Shown one piece after another: positions 29,309 through 40,648 of a stretch of DNA of 64,000 bases. The stretch is from the NCBI GenBank assembly GCA_963666205.1, contig OY762654.1, forward strand, positions 2,377,536-2,441,535, in the 5' to 3' direction. The notes under the pieces are model-generated. The model ran no database searches and was not told the DNA's origin. It saw only the letters and a list, made by a program, of their open reading frames with translations. The first letter of the stretch is position 1; each line of letters begins with the position of its first letter. Source of the stretch: Synergistales bacterium. Lineage in GTDB: Bacteria > Synergistota > Synergistia > Synergistales > JAFGMB01. The position numbers and the translations under genes are program-made.

Positions 29309-31220
29309 TGGGAATACCTATGGTCGCCCCGAAATCCCAGTCCTCTTCGTCAGTATATACTGCGAAAACTGTTGCATTGAGGAAAGACCCGGGAATGTAA
29401 AGGCCGATACCTGTCTCCCATGGCTCCTCCAGAGTTTTAAAGCTGTCATCCAGCAGATATCCCTGGGTGAAGAAAATATCACCATTGATGGTACCCCACC
29501 AGCTCTCTGTGAGTACCTTTCGTAAGGTAGTTTTCCACCATGCTGTATTTTCTCCGGCAAGAGGGTGATCAGCAAGGGAATGAAGCTCTTCTCTTGCACC
29601 AAGGTAGGCCCGTGAATAGGGATTGCTCATATCTCCAGCGAAAAGGCCTCCTTCAAGGATGATCTTTGCCAGGGTTCCGCCTATCTGGGCAACGCCCTTG
29701 AACTCCATTCTTCCCATGAGGATATCCAGATCTCTCCAGTAAATATCTGTCCTGACATATATACCCCTGGTAGGATCCAGGGCGTCATCCAGAGTGTTGT
29801 AAATGATATAAGCTTTTGGTCCTATGTAGCTGTCTTCTCCCTGATCGCTGTCGAAATATTCAGATGTAAGACCAATTCCAACCCTGAAGTGACCCAGAAG
29901 ACTCCTTTCTGTGAAGTCCAGAGCGTATCTTTCCCACCTGGTGGCGGGAGCATTTGACGGATCAAATTCCCTGTGACGGACAGTGAATGAATATTCTGAT
30001 CTTTTCCGCCATGTCTCTCCAGCGTTCTGGTAGGCGAACTTCAGGCCCCATTCTCTTCCCAGAATAAATTGTCTGAGAAGAATGTCACCATCCTCAAGAA
30101 AGTTTCTCGTTATCAGGTCAGCAAAAAGATAGTTCCGATCGTGGAAGGAAGAGTAATAACCTCCGAATATGGTTTCATGCTTGTGATCGTTCTGTGCTTC
30201 GTAATAGAGAAGATCCGGGATCCAGTCTTCAGGAGTTTCCCTTTTTTCTGTTATGATCTGCCTATCCGGTATGGCCGGTGAATTCTGAGCAAGAGACCTT
30301 ATTTCCCCAATCTGTTTCCTGGTCTGGCTTTCACCTGTGGCTATAATGGTTGCGAAGTCGGAAGTGCTCAGCATGGGGAGTCCCCCCACATCAGGTCTTA
30401 TCAGGATGTCTGCTCTGTGACGGTCTATCTCAAGGTCCCGGGCTGTCATTATATTTATGCTCTGGTCAAGAACATCTACTATGGATCTTATCTGACCAGG
30501 TTCCTTGTTCTCTGAAGATATATCCACAGCTACTACAGGATAGCCCGGGAATATTTCTTTTGCTATCCTCACGGGCAGATTTGCCACCAGCCCCCCATCT
30601 ACGAGAAGGCGGTTTTCAATCTTCCATGGTTGGAAAAGACCAGGTATGGACATGGAAGCCCTCATGGCTTCGGCAAGGCTGCCGGAACGGAGTAAAACCG
30701 GTCCACCCTGGTAAAGATCTGTGGCTACCGCAGCGAAGGGAATGGGAAGTCTGTTGAAGTCGCTGATATTTATGCATGGAGAGGTTATCTCTTCAAGTTT
30801 CCTGAGCAGCTTGATCCCGCTCAGTCCACCCAGTGGACCAACAACTTCCCCTTTCTCGTTAAGAAAGACTCTGCCTATAGATATTGATTCGCCATAGTCT
30901 TCTACCCCGAGACGCGAAAGAGAAGGTTGGGTCCGGTCATAGAGAAGGCTTCTCATGTCGAGGTCCATTACTATTTCCTCTATCTCTGAAGGATTATAAC
31001 CGCAGGCAGCCACTCCTCCGATTATAGATCCCATACTCGTTCCTACTATACCTGCTATGGGAATATTCTCTTCAGCCAGGACCTTCAGTACTCCCACATG
31101 TGCAAAGCCCCTGGTGCCACCTCCTGAGAGGGCAAGAACAATTCCTCCAGCCATGCATAAAGAAGCAGAGTAGAAAAACACCAATATTGTCGCAAAAAGG
31201 ATTTTAACCGTTTTTCTCAT
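29283..31220 (-). CDS. Patatin-like phospholipase with probable C-terminal outer-membrane beta-barrel (PlpD-like)
   Basis: Signal peptide, GGGTRG, GTSMG, DGG; C-terminal half rich in alternating aromatic/Gly beta-strand pattern. Confidence 0.8.
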   Translation of the reverse strand: MRKTVKILFATILVFFYSASLCMAGGIVLALSGGGTRGFAHVGVLKVLAEENIPIAGIVGTSMGSIIGGVAACGYNPSEIEEIVMDLDMRSLLYDRTQPSLSRLGVEDYGESISIGRVFLNEKGEVVGPLGGLSGIKLLRKLEEITSPCINISDFNRLPIPFAAVATDLYQGGPVLLRSGSLAEAMRASMSIPGLFQPWKIENRLLVDGGLVANLPVRIAKEIFPGYPVVAVDISSENKEPGQIRSIVDVLDQSINIMTARDLEIDRHRADILIRPDVGGLPMLSTSDFATIIATGESQTRKQIGEIRSLAQNSPAIPDRQIITEKRETPEDWIPDLLYYEAQNDHKHETIFGGYYSSFHDRNYLFADLITRNFLEDGDILLRQFILGREWGLKFAYQNAGETWRKRSEYSFTVRHREFDPSNAPATRWERYALDFTERSLLGHFRVGIGLTSEYFDSDQGEDSYIGPKAYIIYNTLDDALDPTRGIYVRTDIYWRDLDILMGRMEFKGVAQIGGTLAKIILEGGLFAGDMSNPYSRAYLGAREELHSLADHPLAGENTAWWKTTLRKVLTESWWGTINGDIFFTQGYLLDDSFKTLEEPWETGIGLYIPGSFLNATVFAVYTDEEDWDFGATIGIPIRNPSSSP

Positions 31221-31406
31221 AATATCTCCCATCGGATCCCAAATTCTGAAATAAGGCCTCTGGACAGTGTTCTGGGTGAATATTTCCAGTTTATATAGTG
31301 AATGATTAATTTGACAAAATTCAATAAAAGTATAGCAGATCAGAGAAGTGCAGTGAAAATAATCTGATTATCTGTCTCTATTTCCCAAATCAGCTTCTAA
31401 AAACGA

Positions 31407-31442
31407 AACCCCCTACTTTTTCAGAATATCCGGTAGGGGGTT
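31407..31442 (-). terminator. Probable gyrB terminator
   Basis: AACCCCCTAC...GTAGGGGGTT inverted repeat followed by a T-rich run on the minus strand. Confidence 0.55.
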
Positions 31443-31496
31443 AATATTGGTCAGTTTATTCCTTATCCTGTATGAGATCTGTATATTGAGCTGATA

Positions 31497-33607
<2,111 letters not shown>

Positions 33608-33724
33608 GCCTTTTCACCTCCGGTAATTCTTGATACTGCAACCGATATATTATACCAAACTTTCGATTATCACAGGTTTTTTCTTTTATCCAAACCTGAT
33701 TAAGTACCCATTAGGGAGGTAAAA

Positions 33725-34624
33725 ATGTCGATCATAAGGAGATCTGCCATCAAGAGAAAGTTATATAAACTGTTTTTGTACCTGAAGGGAGAGGTCCCTG
33801 TCCTTTTCAACGCAACCCTTGGAACGTCCCTCCAGGCTCTGGCTGTTGTCATGCTGATAATGCCGAATAAGTTTCCGGATCTTGGAGTCACGGGTATAGC
33901 GGTGCTTTCAAACTATGTATGGGGTATCTCTCCCATATGGATAATAGCAAGCGCTAATTTCCTGTTGCTTATGTGGGGATTGAGAACCCTGTCTCCAAGA
34001 TTTGCTATCTGGACCATATACAATGTCGTACTCTTTACCGTTCTATTGAAGGTCTTCGAGTTCATACCGGTTCCGGCACTGGACGATCGATTCATGGTTG
34101 CGGTTATTGCGGGAGTTATGAAAGGCATAGGTTCGGGTCTTATTTACAGTTATGGTGTTTCAGGCGGAGGTACGGATGTTCCCGGCATGGTCCTGCGTAA
34201 GAGGTATGGGATCGAGATGGGGCAATTCAATATATACATCAATTTTGCGATTCTAGCCCTTTCCTTCTTTATAGTAGGTCTTGAAGCTGTCATTTATGGA
34301 ATGGTGGCGGTCTATACAATGGGGATTGTTTCGGATAATACCCAGAGATCATTTAACAGAAGGCGCCAGGTATTCATAATAACAAGAAAGCCCCAGGAGG
34401 TTTCCCGCTATATCATAAAAGAACTTAACAGGGGAGTGACCCTTCTGGAAGGAAAGGGGGGCTATACAGGTCAGGAAAGGGCTGTCCTCATGGCTCTTCT
34501 TGCGCCAAAACAGACAGCTTTTCTGAAAAATTACCTTTCAGATCTTGATCCCCATGCCTTTATGTCCGTCAGTGATGCATCTGAGGTGTTAGGTAAGGGC
34601 TTTAAGGCATGGAAATCTCTGTGA
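33725..34624 (+). CDS. YitT family membrane protein
   Basis: GVTGIA, SGGGTD, RGVT..GKGGYTG, DPHAF, EVLGKGF. Confidence 0.92.
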   Translation: MSIIRRSAIKRKLYKLFLYLKGEVPVLFNATLGTSLQALAVVMLIMPNKFPDLGVTGIAVLSNYVWGISPIWIIASANFLLLMWGLRTLSPRFAIWTIYNVVLFTVLLKVFEFIPVPALDDRFMVAVIAGVMKGIGSGLIYSYGVSGGGTDVPGMVLRKRYGIEMGQFNIYINFAILALSFFIVGLEAVIYGMVAVYTMGIVSDNTQRSFNRRRQVFIITRKPQEVSRYIIKELNRGVTLLEGKGGYTGQERAVLMALLAPKQTAFLKNYLSDLDPHAFMSVSDASEVLGKGFKAWKSL

Positions 34625-34637
34625 GGATTTCTGAAAT

Positions 34638-34685
34638 TTATGGGAGGGGCTCTCTTAATCTCCGTAAGGGTGACCCCTCCCATAA
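34638..34685. terminator. Bidirectional terminator-like hairpin between convergent genes
   Basis: TTATGGGAGGGG...CCCCTCCCATAA 12-bp inverted repeat. Confidence 0.65.
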
Positions 34686-34688
34686 GAT

Positions 34689-35849
34689 CTATTTCCGGTT
34701 ATAAAGATCTTTCATAAAGGATAAATAATCTTCCCTGTTCATGGGTCTGGGATTATCCTTGTTGCTGCCGTTCTTCGCAGAGTTGTCAGCCAGTTCCTCC
34801 ATATCTCCCTCTTTTATTCCGAGGCTTCTGAAAGAAGGTAGTTCGACGTCCTCAGCCAGTTTCTTTACTGCTTCCACTGCCTTGAGAGCTCCCTCTTCTT
34901 CAGATCCAAAGCTTATCCCCATAGCCTTGGCAACCCGTGCGTATTTTTCCTGGCAGTAGTTCATATTGTATTCCATCATAGGTGCCAGAACTACTGCATT
35001 GCAGACTCCGTGGGGGGAATCATATTTGGCTCCCAGGGCTTCAGCGATACAGTGAACCGCAGCTACATCTGAATGACTGAAGGCAATACCAGCCATGGTG
35101 CTGCCTAGAAGCATTCCGGCCCTTGCTTCAAGGTCTTCCCCGTTGTCAAAGGCTCTCTTGAGATATTTGGAGATCAGTTCTATGGCGTAAAGGGCAATTG
35201 CGTCCCCGATAGGTTCAGCATTTTTCGCAGTATAACCTTCAATAGCGTGAGTCAATGCATCCATTCCAGTCGATGCGGTGAGGGCTTTAGGCATTGAAAG
35301 GGTCAGTTGAGGGTCCAGAAGAGCTACTCGAGGTCCGATAAGCGGGCTTTTGATGGTAAATTTGAAATGTTCATTTGTATCCGTTATCACTGATCCGAAA
35401 GTGACCTCACTCCCTGTTCCGGCAGTTGTGGGAATGGCAATTATGGGTAGTACTTCTTTCCCGATCCGGGACCGGTCCTGGTAGTATCTGGAGTTCTCTC
35501 CCTGGACCGCTACTACGCTTATAGCTTTTGCGCAGTCGATGGGACTGCCTCCTCCCACCGCAAGAATGCAGTCAGAGCAGTCTTCCCGAGCTAGAGATGC
35601 ACCCCTTTCAACGTTATAGTCCTTTGGATTAGGCTCCACCTCTGAGAATCTTGTCCAGTATATCCCTGATTCCCTGAGCTGTTTCTCAATTGGATCAAGT
35701 ATGCCACTCTTCTCTATTCCCGGGTCCGTAACCAGCAGGATTCTTTCAGCTCCCATTTCTCTGAGATAATGGACCAGTTTTTCTGAAACGCCGATCCCGT
35801 ATTCCATCTTTGTGGGCAGTTCAAAATCAAAATTACTCAGTAATGCCAT
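34689..35849 (-). CDS. Iron-containing alcohol dehydrogenase
   Basis: GGGSPIDCAK, PTTAGTGSE, DALTHAIE, VH, PHG; start at ATG 35849 behind GGAGGT. Confidence 0.93.
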   Translation of the reverse strand: MALLSNFDFELPTKMEYGIGVSEKLVHYLREMGAERILLVTDPGIEKSGILDPIEKQLRESGIYWTRFSEVEPNPKDYNVERGASLAREDCSDCILAVGGGSPIDCAKAISVVAVQGENSRYYQDRSRIGKEVLPIIAIPTTAGTGSEVTFGSVITDTNEHFKFTIKSPLIGPRVALLDPQLTLSMPKALTASTGMDALTHAIEGYTAKNAEPIGDAIALYAIELISKYLKRAFDNGEDLEARAGMLLGSTMAGIAFSHSDVAAVHCIAEALGAKYDSPHGVCNAVVLAPMMEYNMNYCQEKYARVAKAMGISFGSEEEGALKAVEAVKKLAEDVELPSFRSLGIKEGDMEELADNSAKNGSNKDNPRPMNREDYLSFMKDLYNRK

Positions 35850-35919
35850 CGATAAAACCTCCATTGAAAAAGGATATTGTGTGTTTCTGTTATGCTGGAT
35901 CTGGTCCCTGGTCAATTTG

Positions 35920-36552
35920 TCATAGAGCCAGAACCAGTTTTTCTGCTTTCATAAATACAACACCGATATTTTCCAGTTCCTTCTGTCCCCTGGGGTATAT
36001 GTGGGATATGGCATCTTCTATGGCCACGATCCTGTAGTCCCTCTCACTGGCTTCATAGATTGAAGCCCTTGGACAGTTGGGGAAATTAAAACCACTGAAA
36101 GCAAGTGTATTAACTTTCATCTCCCTGAGAAGAGAAGAAAGGGGAGTCTGGTAAAAAGCTCCGAAACGGGGTTTGTAAATAATGAATTCGTATGGCGATA
36201 TCTTCTGGATACCTCCACCTAGAAGAACTTTTTCATCAAGCATGGTTTGAGATGAAGGCAGAAGTTCTTCTGCTATCTGAACCCCTTCTGAACCAGGGCG
36301 TAAAAGACCTGAGCCGCCTTCTATTGATGCTCTTCTGCACAGGTCTGCGTTACTCCCGTCTTCTTTATAGATCCTGACTATGTGTATAACGGGTTTATTG
36401 AGAATACGGAAAGTCCTCACTGCCTTTGAGATAGAAGGCAGTACATGAATCTTTTCGTCCCTTTCCTGTGAGTTTTCGGAAATAAAATCCCTTTGCACGT
36501 CTATGGTGATAAGGGATATGGACATAAAATCAGGTTCGGTGTATCCATTCAT
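35920..36552 (-). CDS. Cysteine hydrolase (isochorismatase family)
   Basis: IDVQRDF, KPRFGAF, FPNCP (Asp-Lys-Cys triad). Confidence 0.88.
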   Translation of the reverse strand: MNGYTEPDFMSISLITIDVQRDFISENSQERDEKIHVLPSISKAVRTFRILNKPVIHIVRIYKEDGSNADLCRRASIEGGSGLLRPGSEGVQIAEELLPSSQTMLDEKVLLGGGIQKISPYEFIIYKPRFGAFYQTPLSSLLREMKVNTLAFSGFNFPNCPRASIYEASERDYRIVAIEDAISHIYPRGQKELENIGVVFMKAEKLVLAL

Positions 36553-36971
36553 TTCATATCCCGCAGTTGTTCTGCCCTTTCTGTTGCTTTGTCCATCAGT
36601 GCTATCCTGTTTACCACGGCCCTCTCGAAGGTTCCCGTAAGGATTTCTCCGAGGGCGTCCCTGGCAGATATGTCAAAAAGTATCTTGTTCCCTTCTATTG
36701 AACGCAGAACAACTCTGAAGGTCACTCTTGTTCCAAGCAGGCTCGGCTCGTCATGGGTTATGGTGAGGGATCGGCCTATGGTAATAAAACCCTCGGGAAG
36801 ATATTTGTCCGTTACCTTTGTTGATGCTTTGACAAAGGTTTCTACGCATGCCGAAGTGGAAAGAAGCTGGTTTAGATAGACAGACTGATTACCTACTGTA
36901 TCGTCCATTTCAATAACCTTGTTGACCTCATAAGATTCCCCCGGTTTGAGTATTTCCTTGAGATCGAACAT
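36549..36971 (-). CDS. Hot-dog fold thioesterase (FlK-like)
   Basis: LLST...E, TIG..L.ITH..PS.LG, G.FERAVVN; start at ATG 36971. Confidence 0.8.
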   Translation of the reverse strand: MFDLKEILKPGESYEVNKVIEMDDTVGNQSVYLNQLLSTSACVETFVKASTKVTDKYLPEGFITIGRSLTITHDEPSLLGTRVTFRVVLRSIEGNKILFDISARDALGEILTGTFERAVVNRIALMDKATERAEQLRDMK

Positions 36972-37066
36972 TATAAACCCTCCTTTAAAGATCAGCATGT
37001 AAATAACGATCTATATCTATGTTCTTATTTTACATTAAAGCAGTACATAATAAAATAATATCAGTG

Positions 37067-40000
37067 TTACATTGTGTCCCAATGAAGGGGGCATTTGTTT
37101 CTGAAGGGACAGGCGTTGCATTTTCCCAGTTCAGGTTCAAAAGGACCATTTGCGGCCTTTTGTGCGCTTCGTCGGATATCTTCCTCTATTTCTTCCATGC
37201 CTCCTCCGGGCATAGCGATCCTTTCAGTTTCGATCCCTTCCCGGAGGTGGATCAGTCTCAGGTCTACAGGCAGATCCCTATCCCTCAAAGCGTGATATGC
37301 TGTCCAGCCGTAGAAGAGCAGCTGACTGGTATAAAGTTCCTCTGGAGCCTTTTCCTGGGCAGTTATCTTGTAATCCCTGATATGAATTATATTGTCCTTT
37401 TCCCACATGAGATCCATGGCACCGGTGAGTAGGGGACCATGGTCCATCCTGATCCGAAAAGGCAGTTCCCGATTTAATACTCCCTGGCAGAGGAGGTCTT
37501 TTAAAGTTCTTCCTGTTTCGGATACTGAAAGGTCCCTCAGCCATTTTCGAAGGGTCTCCCTGCTGTCCGGCTTTTTCCACTCCGGCAGAATATAGACAGG
37601 TATCCCGGTTTCAACACTGTTGTGTCCCATTACTGTCAAAGGCAGGTAGTTTTCCAGCCCATCCTCTGACAGGTCCCATTTCTGGAGTATCCAATGGGCA
37701 AGGTTCCCCAGATCAGACCCTCCCGGACCATCTGCTCCAGGGAGTTCCCACTTGAGATCCCTTCCCTGACGGTGTCTCATCCTCCATGCCAGAGGGCAGA
37801 ATTTAAAGAGACTGTAGGATGTGGCACTTAACCTGGCCAGATATTCCTTCCCCTTTACCGGTCCTTGCACAAAGGTTCTTTCTTTCTGTTCAGAAACTCT
37901 GATATTTTGTTTTTTAGCTGTTTTTACCCTGTCTGTGGCAAGGGGAAGATCCGGAAAGATCTTTTCCCATATCATTGACAGCCATGTACCATCTCGCGGT
38001 TCTGGCTTTTCTCCGTCCTTTGCTTCCAGGGTTGCGCAAAGGAACAGAGAATCCCTTGCCCTTGTGGCGGCGACGTAGAACAGGCGCTGCCATTCTTCCA
38101 GCTGTTCCTGTTTTTCCATCATTGCCGCGAGTACAGGAGAAGACGGGGTATCCTTGTTATCAGATGCGATCCCATCGGGGTATCTGGAAGGAGTGACGCC
38201 AAGAATTGCCGATGGATCAAGACTGGTTCCGTGACTTCTTTTTCCAGGGAAATACTCCATTCCCATTATTGCCAGAACGGGGAATTCGAGTCCCTTCGAA
38301 GCATGGACTGTCATTATCCTGACAACATCATCCTGTTCCCCTGTGAAGTCGGCATCTTCCATGGCTATACCTCTTCCCATGGATCCGCGAAGGTACTCGG
38401 AACATCCTCGCAGATCATTGCCCATAGCACTTTCATATTCCCTGCTGATATCTACGGCCTTCCGAAGATTCGCAGCTGCTTTCTTCCTTTTCCACGCGGG
38501 GAAAGCCTTAAGCGTATCAGCTCTTGAAAGTATAATGGAAAATACCCTTGAAACACCCTCCAGTGTGGCTATCCGTCTCCATCCTTCCATCTCCTGGAAA
38601 AGAGAGGAATTCACGTTCTGCAGGATCTCTGCGAGATCTTTTCCAGTATTTCTCTTCTCTTCAAGAAGCTTTCCAGTCTTCTCAAGGGAGAGACCTGAAA
38701 AGGGTGATGAAAGAAAGGATGTGAGGGCTGTCTGATCCCTTTTGTCAGCCAGATAATCGACCAGGGAAAGGAGGTCCTGAACCTCACTTCGGGAATAATA
38801 GCCCAGGCTGCTCTCAAAATAGCAGGGAATGGACAGGTCTTCTATGAAGGCTCTTTCAAGGGCACTGTACTGGTTTCTTGTCGGCACGAGTATAGCCATA
38901 TCCCTCCACTGGAGAGGTCTCAGCCCTTCTTCTTTTTTATCCCAGATAAGAGTGCCCTTTTCCCTTAGTTGCATTAATTCCCGCCCCAGCCTCCTGGCAA
39001 GATCAAGTCTCTTCTCCTCAGCAGGTGTTCTTTCTTTCCCTGATGTATAGAATTCAACAAGGACCTTGAGGGGAGGGGTCTGGATTTCCTGCCTTCTGCT
39101 GTGCCAATCCATGGTAACAGGGCTTTGAAGATGCTCATAAGGATGGATCAGGTCTCTTCCCAGGCCCTTTTCCCATATTTTGCCGAAGATAGAGTTTATA
39201 CCCTCCAGAACTTTCCCGCTGCTACGGAAACTGACATCAAGGTTTATGTATTTTCCCTTTCCTTGTAGAGCTTTCTGTATATATTCCAGGAAAATGGAAG
39301 GTTCAGCATGCCGGAACCGGTAGATGGACTGTTTCAGATCGCCCACCAGGAACATGGCAGGAGAACCCCTTTCCCAAATGGTCCTGAGAAGGATCTCCTG
39401 AAGTCTGTTGGTATCCTGAAATTCGTCAACAAGGACTTCCCGGAACCTCTCTGACATACTCCCGGCCTGAAGGGCTTCAATGGATCTGGAGATCATATCG
39501 TCGAAGGAGATCAGACTCTTCTTTCTCTTGTATTCTTCCCAGATCTGCCATAAAAGAGATGAAACCTCCAGCAGTGTTTCTCTGGTCTGCCTGTCTCTTC
39601 CGTCAATGCCATGAACCAGGACTTCGCATAATCTGATATGTTCGGAGTATTGATTACGGAACTCTGATACTGAGCATTCCAGCTCCTGTGCTATTTCCGC
39701 TGCCGCTTTTCCGGAAGCGCCCTTCAGAGCTTCCATAAGATCGAGGAAAAACAGAGGCAGATCTTCCCTTTGTGGTTTTTCCTCTCCCCATTTTGAGTGA
39801 ACACCCCTGAGTTTCTCTGCCAGTTTAGTCTTGCTTTCAAGGAGTATGGGCAGTCCAGGAATCAGTCCCCCGGAACCTGACCAGCGTTGCCATTCTTCTT
39901 CAAAAACAGTTGAGTATATCTCCCTGACTCTGGCCAGGGCTTCCTGGTCCCTCTTCTCCAGATCTTTGGAGAAAGACCAGAGGTCCCCGGGGTCTTGTCC

Positions 40001-40648
40001 TCGACTTGCCCATAGGGATAATATCCCCCTTGTCAGTCCGGTGATGCCCCTTGCTCCATAGCTGTTTACCAGGTCTGTCAGAAAGGGTTTATCGAATATC
40101 TGTTCCTCTCTGGATGTCCATATTCCTCTGACTCTTTTTTTAAACCAGCGGTTATCCAGAATGTCCAGTTGTTTTTCTACTTCCCGCCAGAGTTCTTCTT
40201 CCTCCGGGGTGCTCACTGGTCTTGATTCAGGGTCAAGTTCCAGGGACAGTCCCCCTTCCCTTATCATCCTCAGGGAAAAGGAATGAAGGGTGGAAATAAA
40301 AGCTTCGTCCATTTCTTCCCGGGCTTCTTCAAGGAGAGGGGACAGTGATGGCACTAGAGAGGCCACCTTTCCCAGGAGATCCCTTATCCTGTCTTTCATT
40401 TCCAGAGCGGCTTTTTCGGTAAAAGTAAGGGTCAGTATCTCCTTTACCCTTGCCTTTCCTGTGGCGATTGCCCATACAAAACGCCAGGCCAGGGTCCATG
40501 TTTTCCCAGTTCCTGCCCCCGCACTTACTACCACCAGAGGATCTTCAGCCATGATTGCTTCCCTCTGTCCAGGAAGGGTGGTCTTTTCCAGCAGGACTGT
40601 AAGTTCCTCTATGCCTGTAACTGTTTTTTCCCTGTCAGTCCCTATCAT
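37067..40648 (-). CDS. addA: UvrD-family helicase-nuclease, AddA-like
   Basis: AGAGTGKT, DEFQDTN, GDLKQSIYRFR, TVHASKGLEF, YVAATRA, C-terminal DYK nuclease; start at ATG 40648. Confidence 0.9.
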   Translation of the reverse strand: MIGTDREKTVTGIEELTVLLEKTTLPGQREAIMAEDPLVVVSAGAGTGKTWTLAWRFVWAIATGKARVKEILTLTFTEKAALEMKDRIRDLLGKVASLVPSLSPLLEEAREEMDEAFISTLHSFSLRMIREGGLSLELDPESRPVSTPEEEELWREVEKQLDILDNRWFKKRVRGIWTSREEQIFDKPFLTDLVNSYGARGITGLTRGILSLWASRGQDPGDLWSFSKDLEKRDQEALARVREIYSTVFEEEWQRWSGSGGLIPGLPILLESKTKLAEKLRGVHSKWGEEKPQREDLPLFFLDLMEALKGASGKAAAEIAQELECSVSEFRNQYSEHIRLCEVLVHGIDGRDRQTRETLLEVSSLLWQIWEEYKRKKSLISFDDMISRSIEALQAGSMSERFREVLVDEFQDTNRLQEILLRTIWERGSPAMFLVGDLKQSIYRFRHAEPSIFLEYIQKALQGKGKYINLDVSFRSSGKVLEGINSIFGKIWEKGLGRDLIHPYEHLQSPVTMDWHSRRQEIQTPPLKVLVEFYTSGKERTPAEEKRLDLARRLGRELMQLREKGTLIWDKKEEGLRPLQWRDMAILVPTRNQYSALERAFIEDLSIPCYFESSLGYYSRSEVQDLLSLVDYLADKRDQTALTSFLSSPFSGLSLEKTGKLLEEKRNTGKDLAEILQNVNSSLFQEMEGWRRIATLEGVSRVFSIILSRADTLKAFPAWKRKKAAANLRKAVDISREYESAMGNDLRGCSEYLRGSMGRGIAMEDADFTGEQDDVVRIMTVHASKGLEFPVLAIMGMEYFPGKRSHGTSLDPSAILGVTPSRYPDGIASDNKDTPSSPVLAAMMEKQEQLEEWQRLFYVAATRARDSLFLCATLEAKDGEKPEPRDGTWLSMIWEKIFPDLPLATDRVKTAKKQNIRVSEQKERTFVQGPVKGKEYLARLSATSYSLFKFCPLAWRMRHRQGRDLKWELPGADGPGGSDLGNLAHWILQKWDLSEDGLENYLPLTVMGHNSVETGIPVYILPEWKKPDSRETLRKWLRDLSVSETGRTLKDLLCQGVLNRELPFRIRMDHGPLLTGAMDLMWEKDNIIHIRDYKITAQEKAPEELYTSQLLFYGWTAYHALRDRDLPVDLRLIHLREGIETERIAMPGGGMEEIEEDIRRSAQKAANGPFEPELGKCNACPFRNKCPLHWDTM

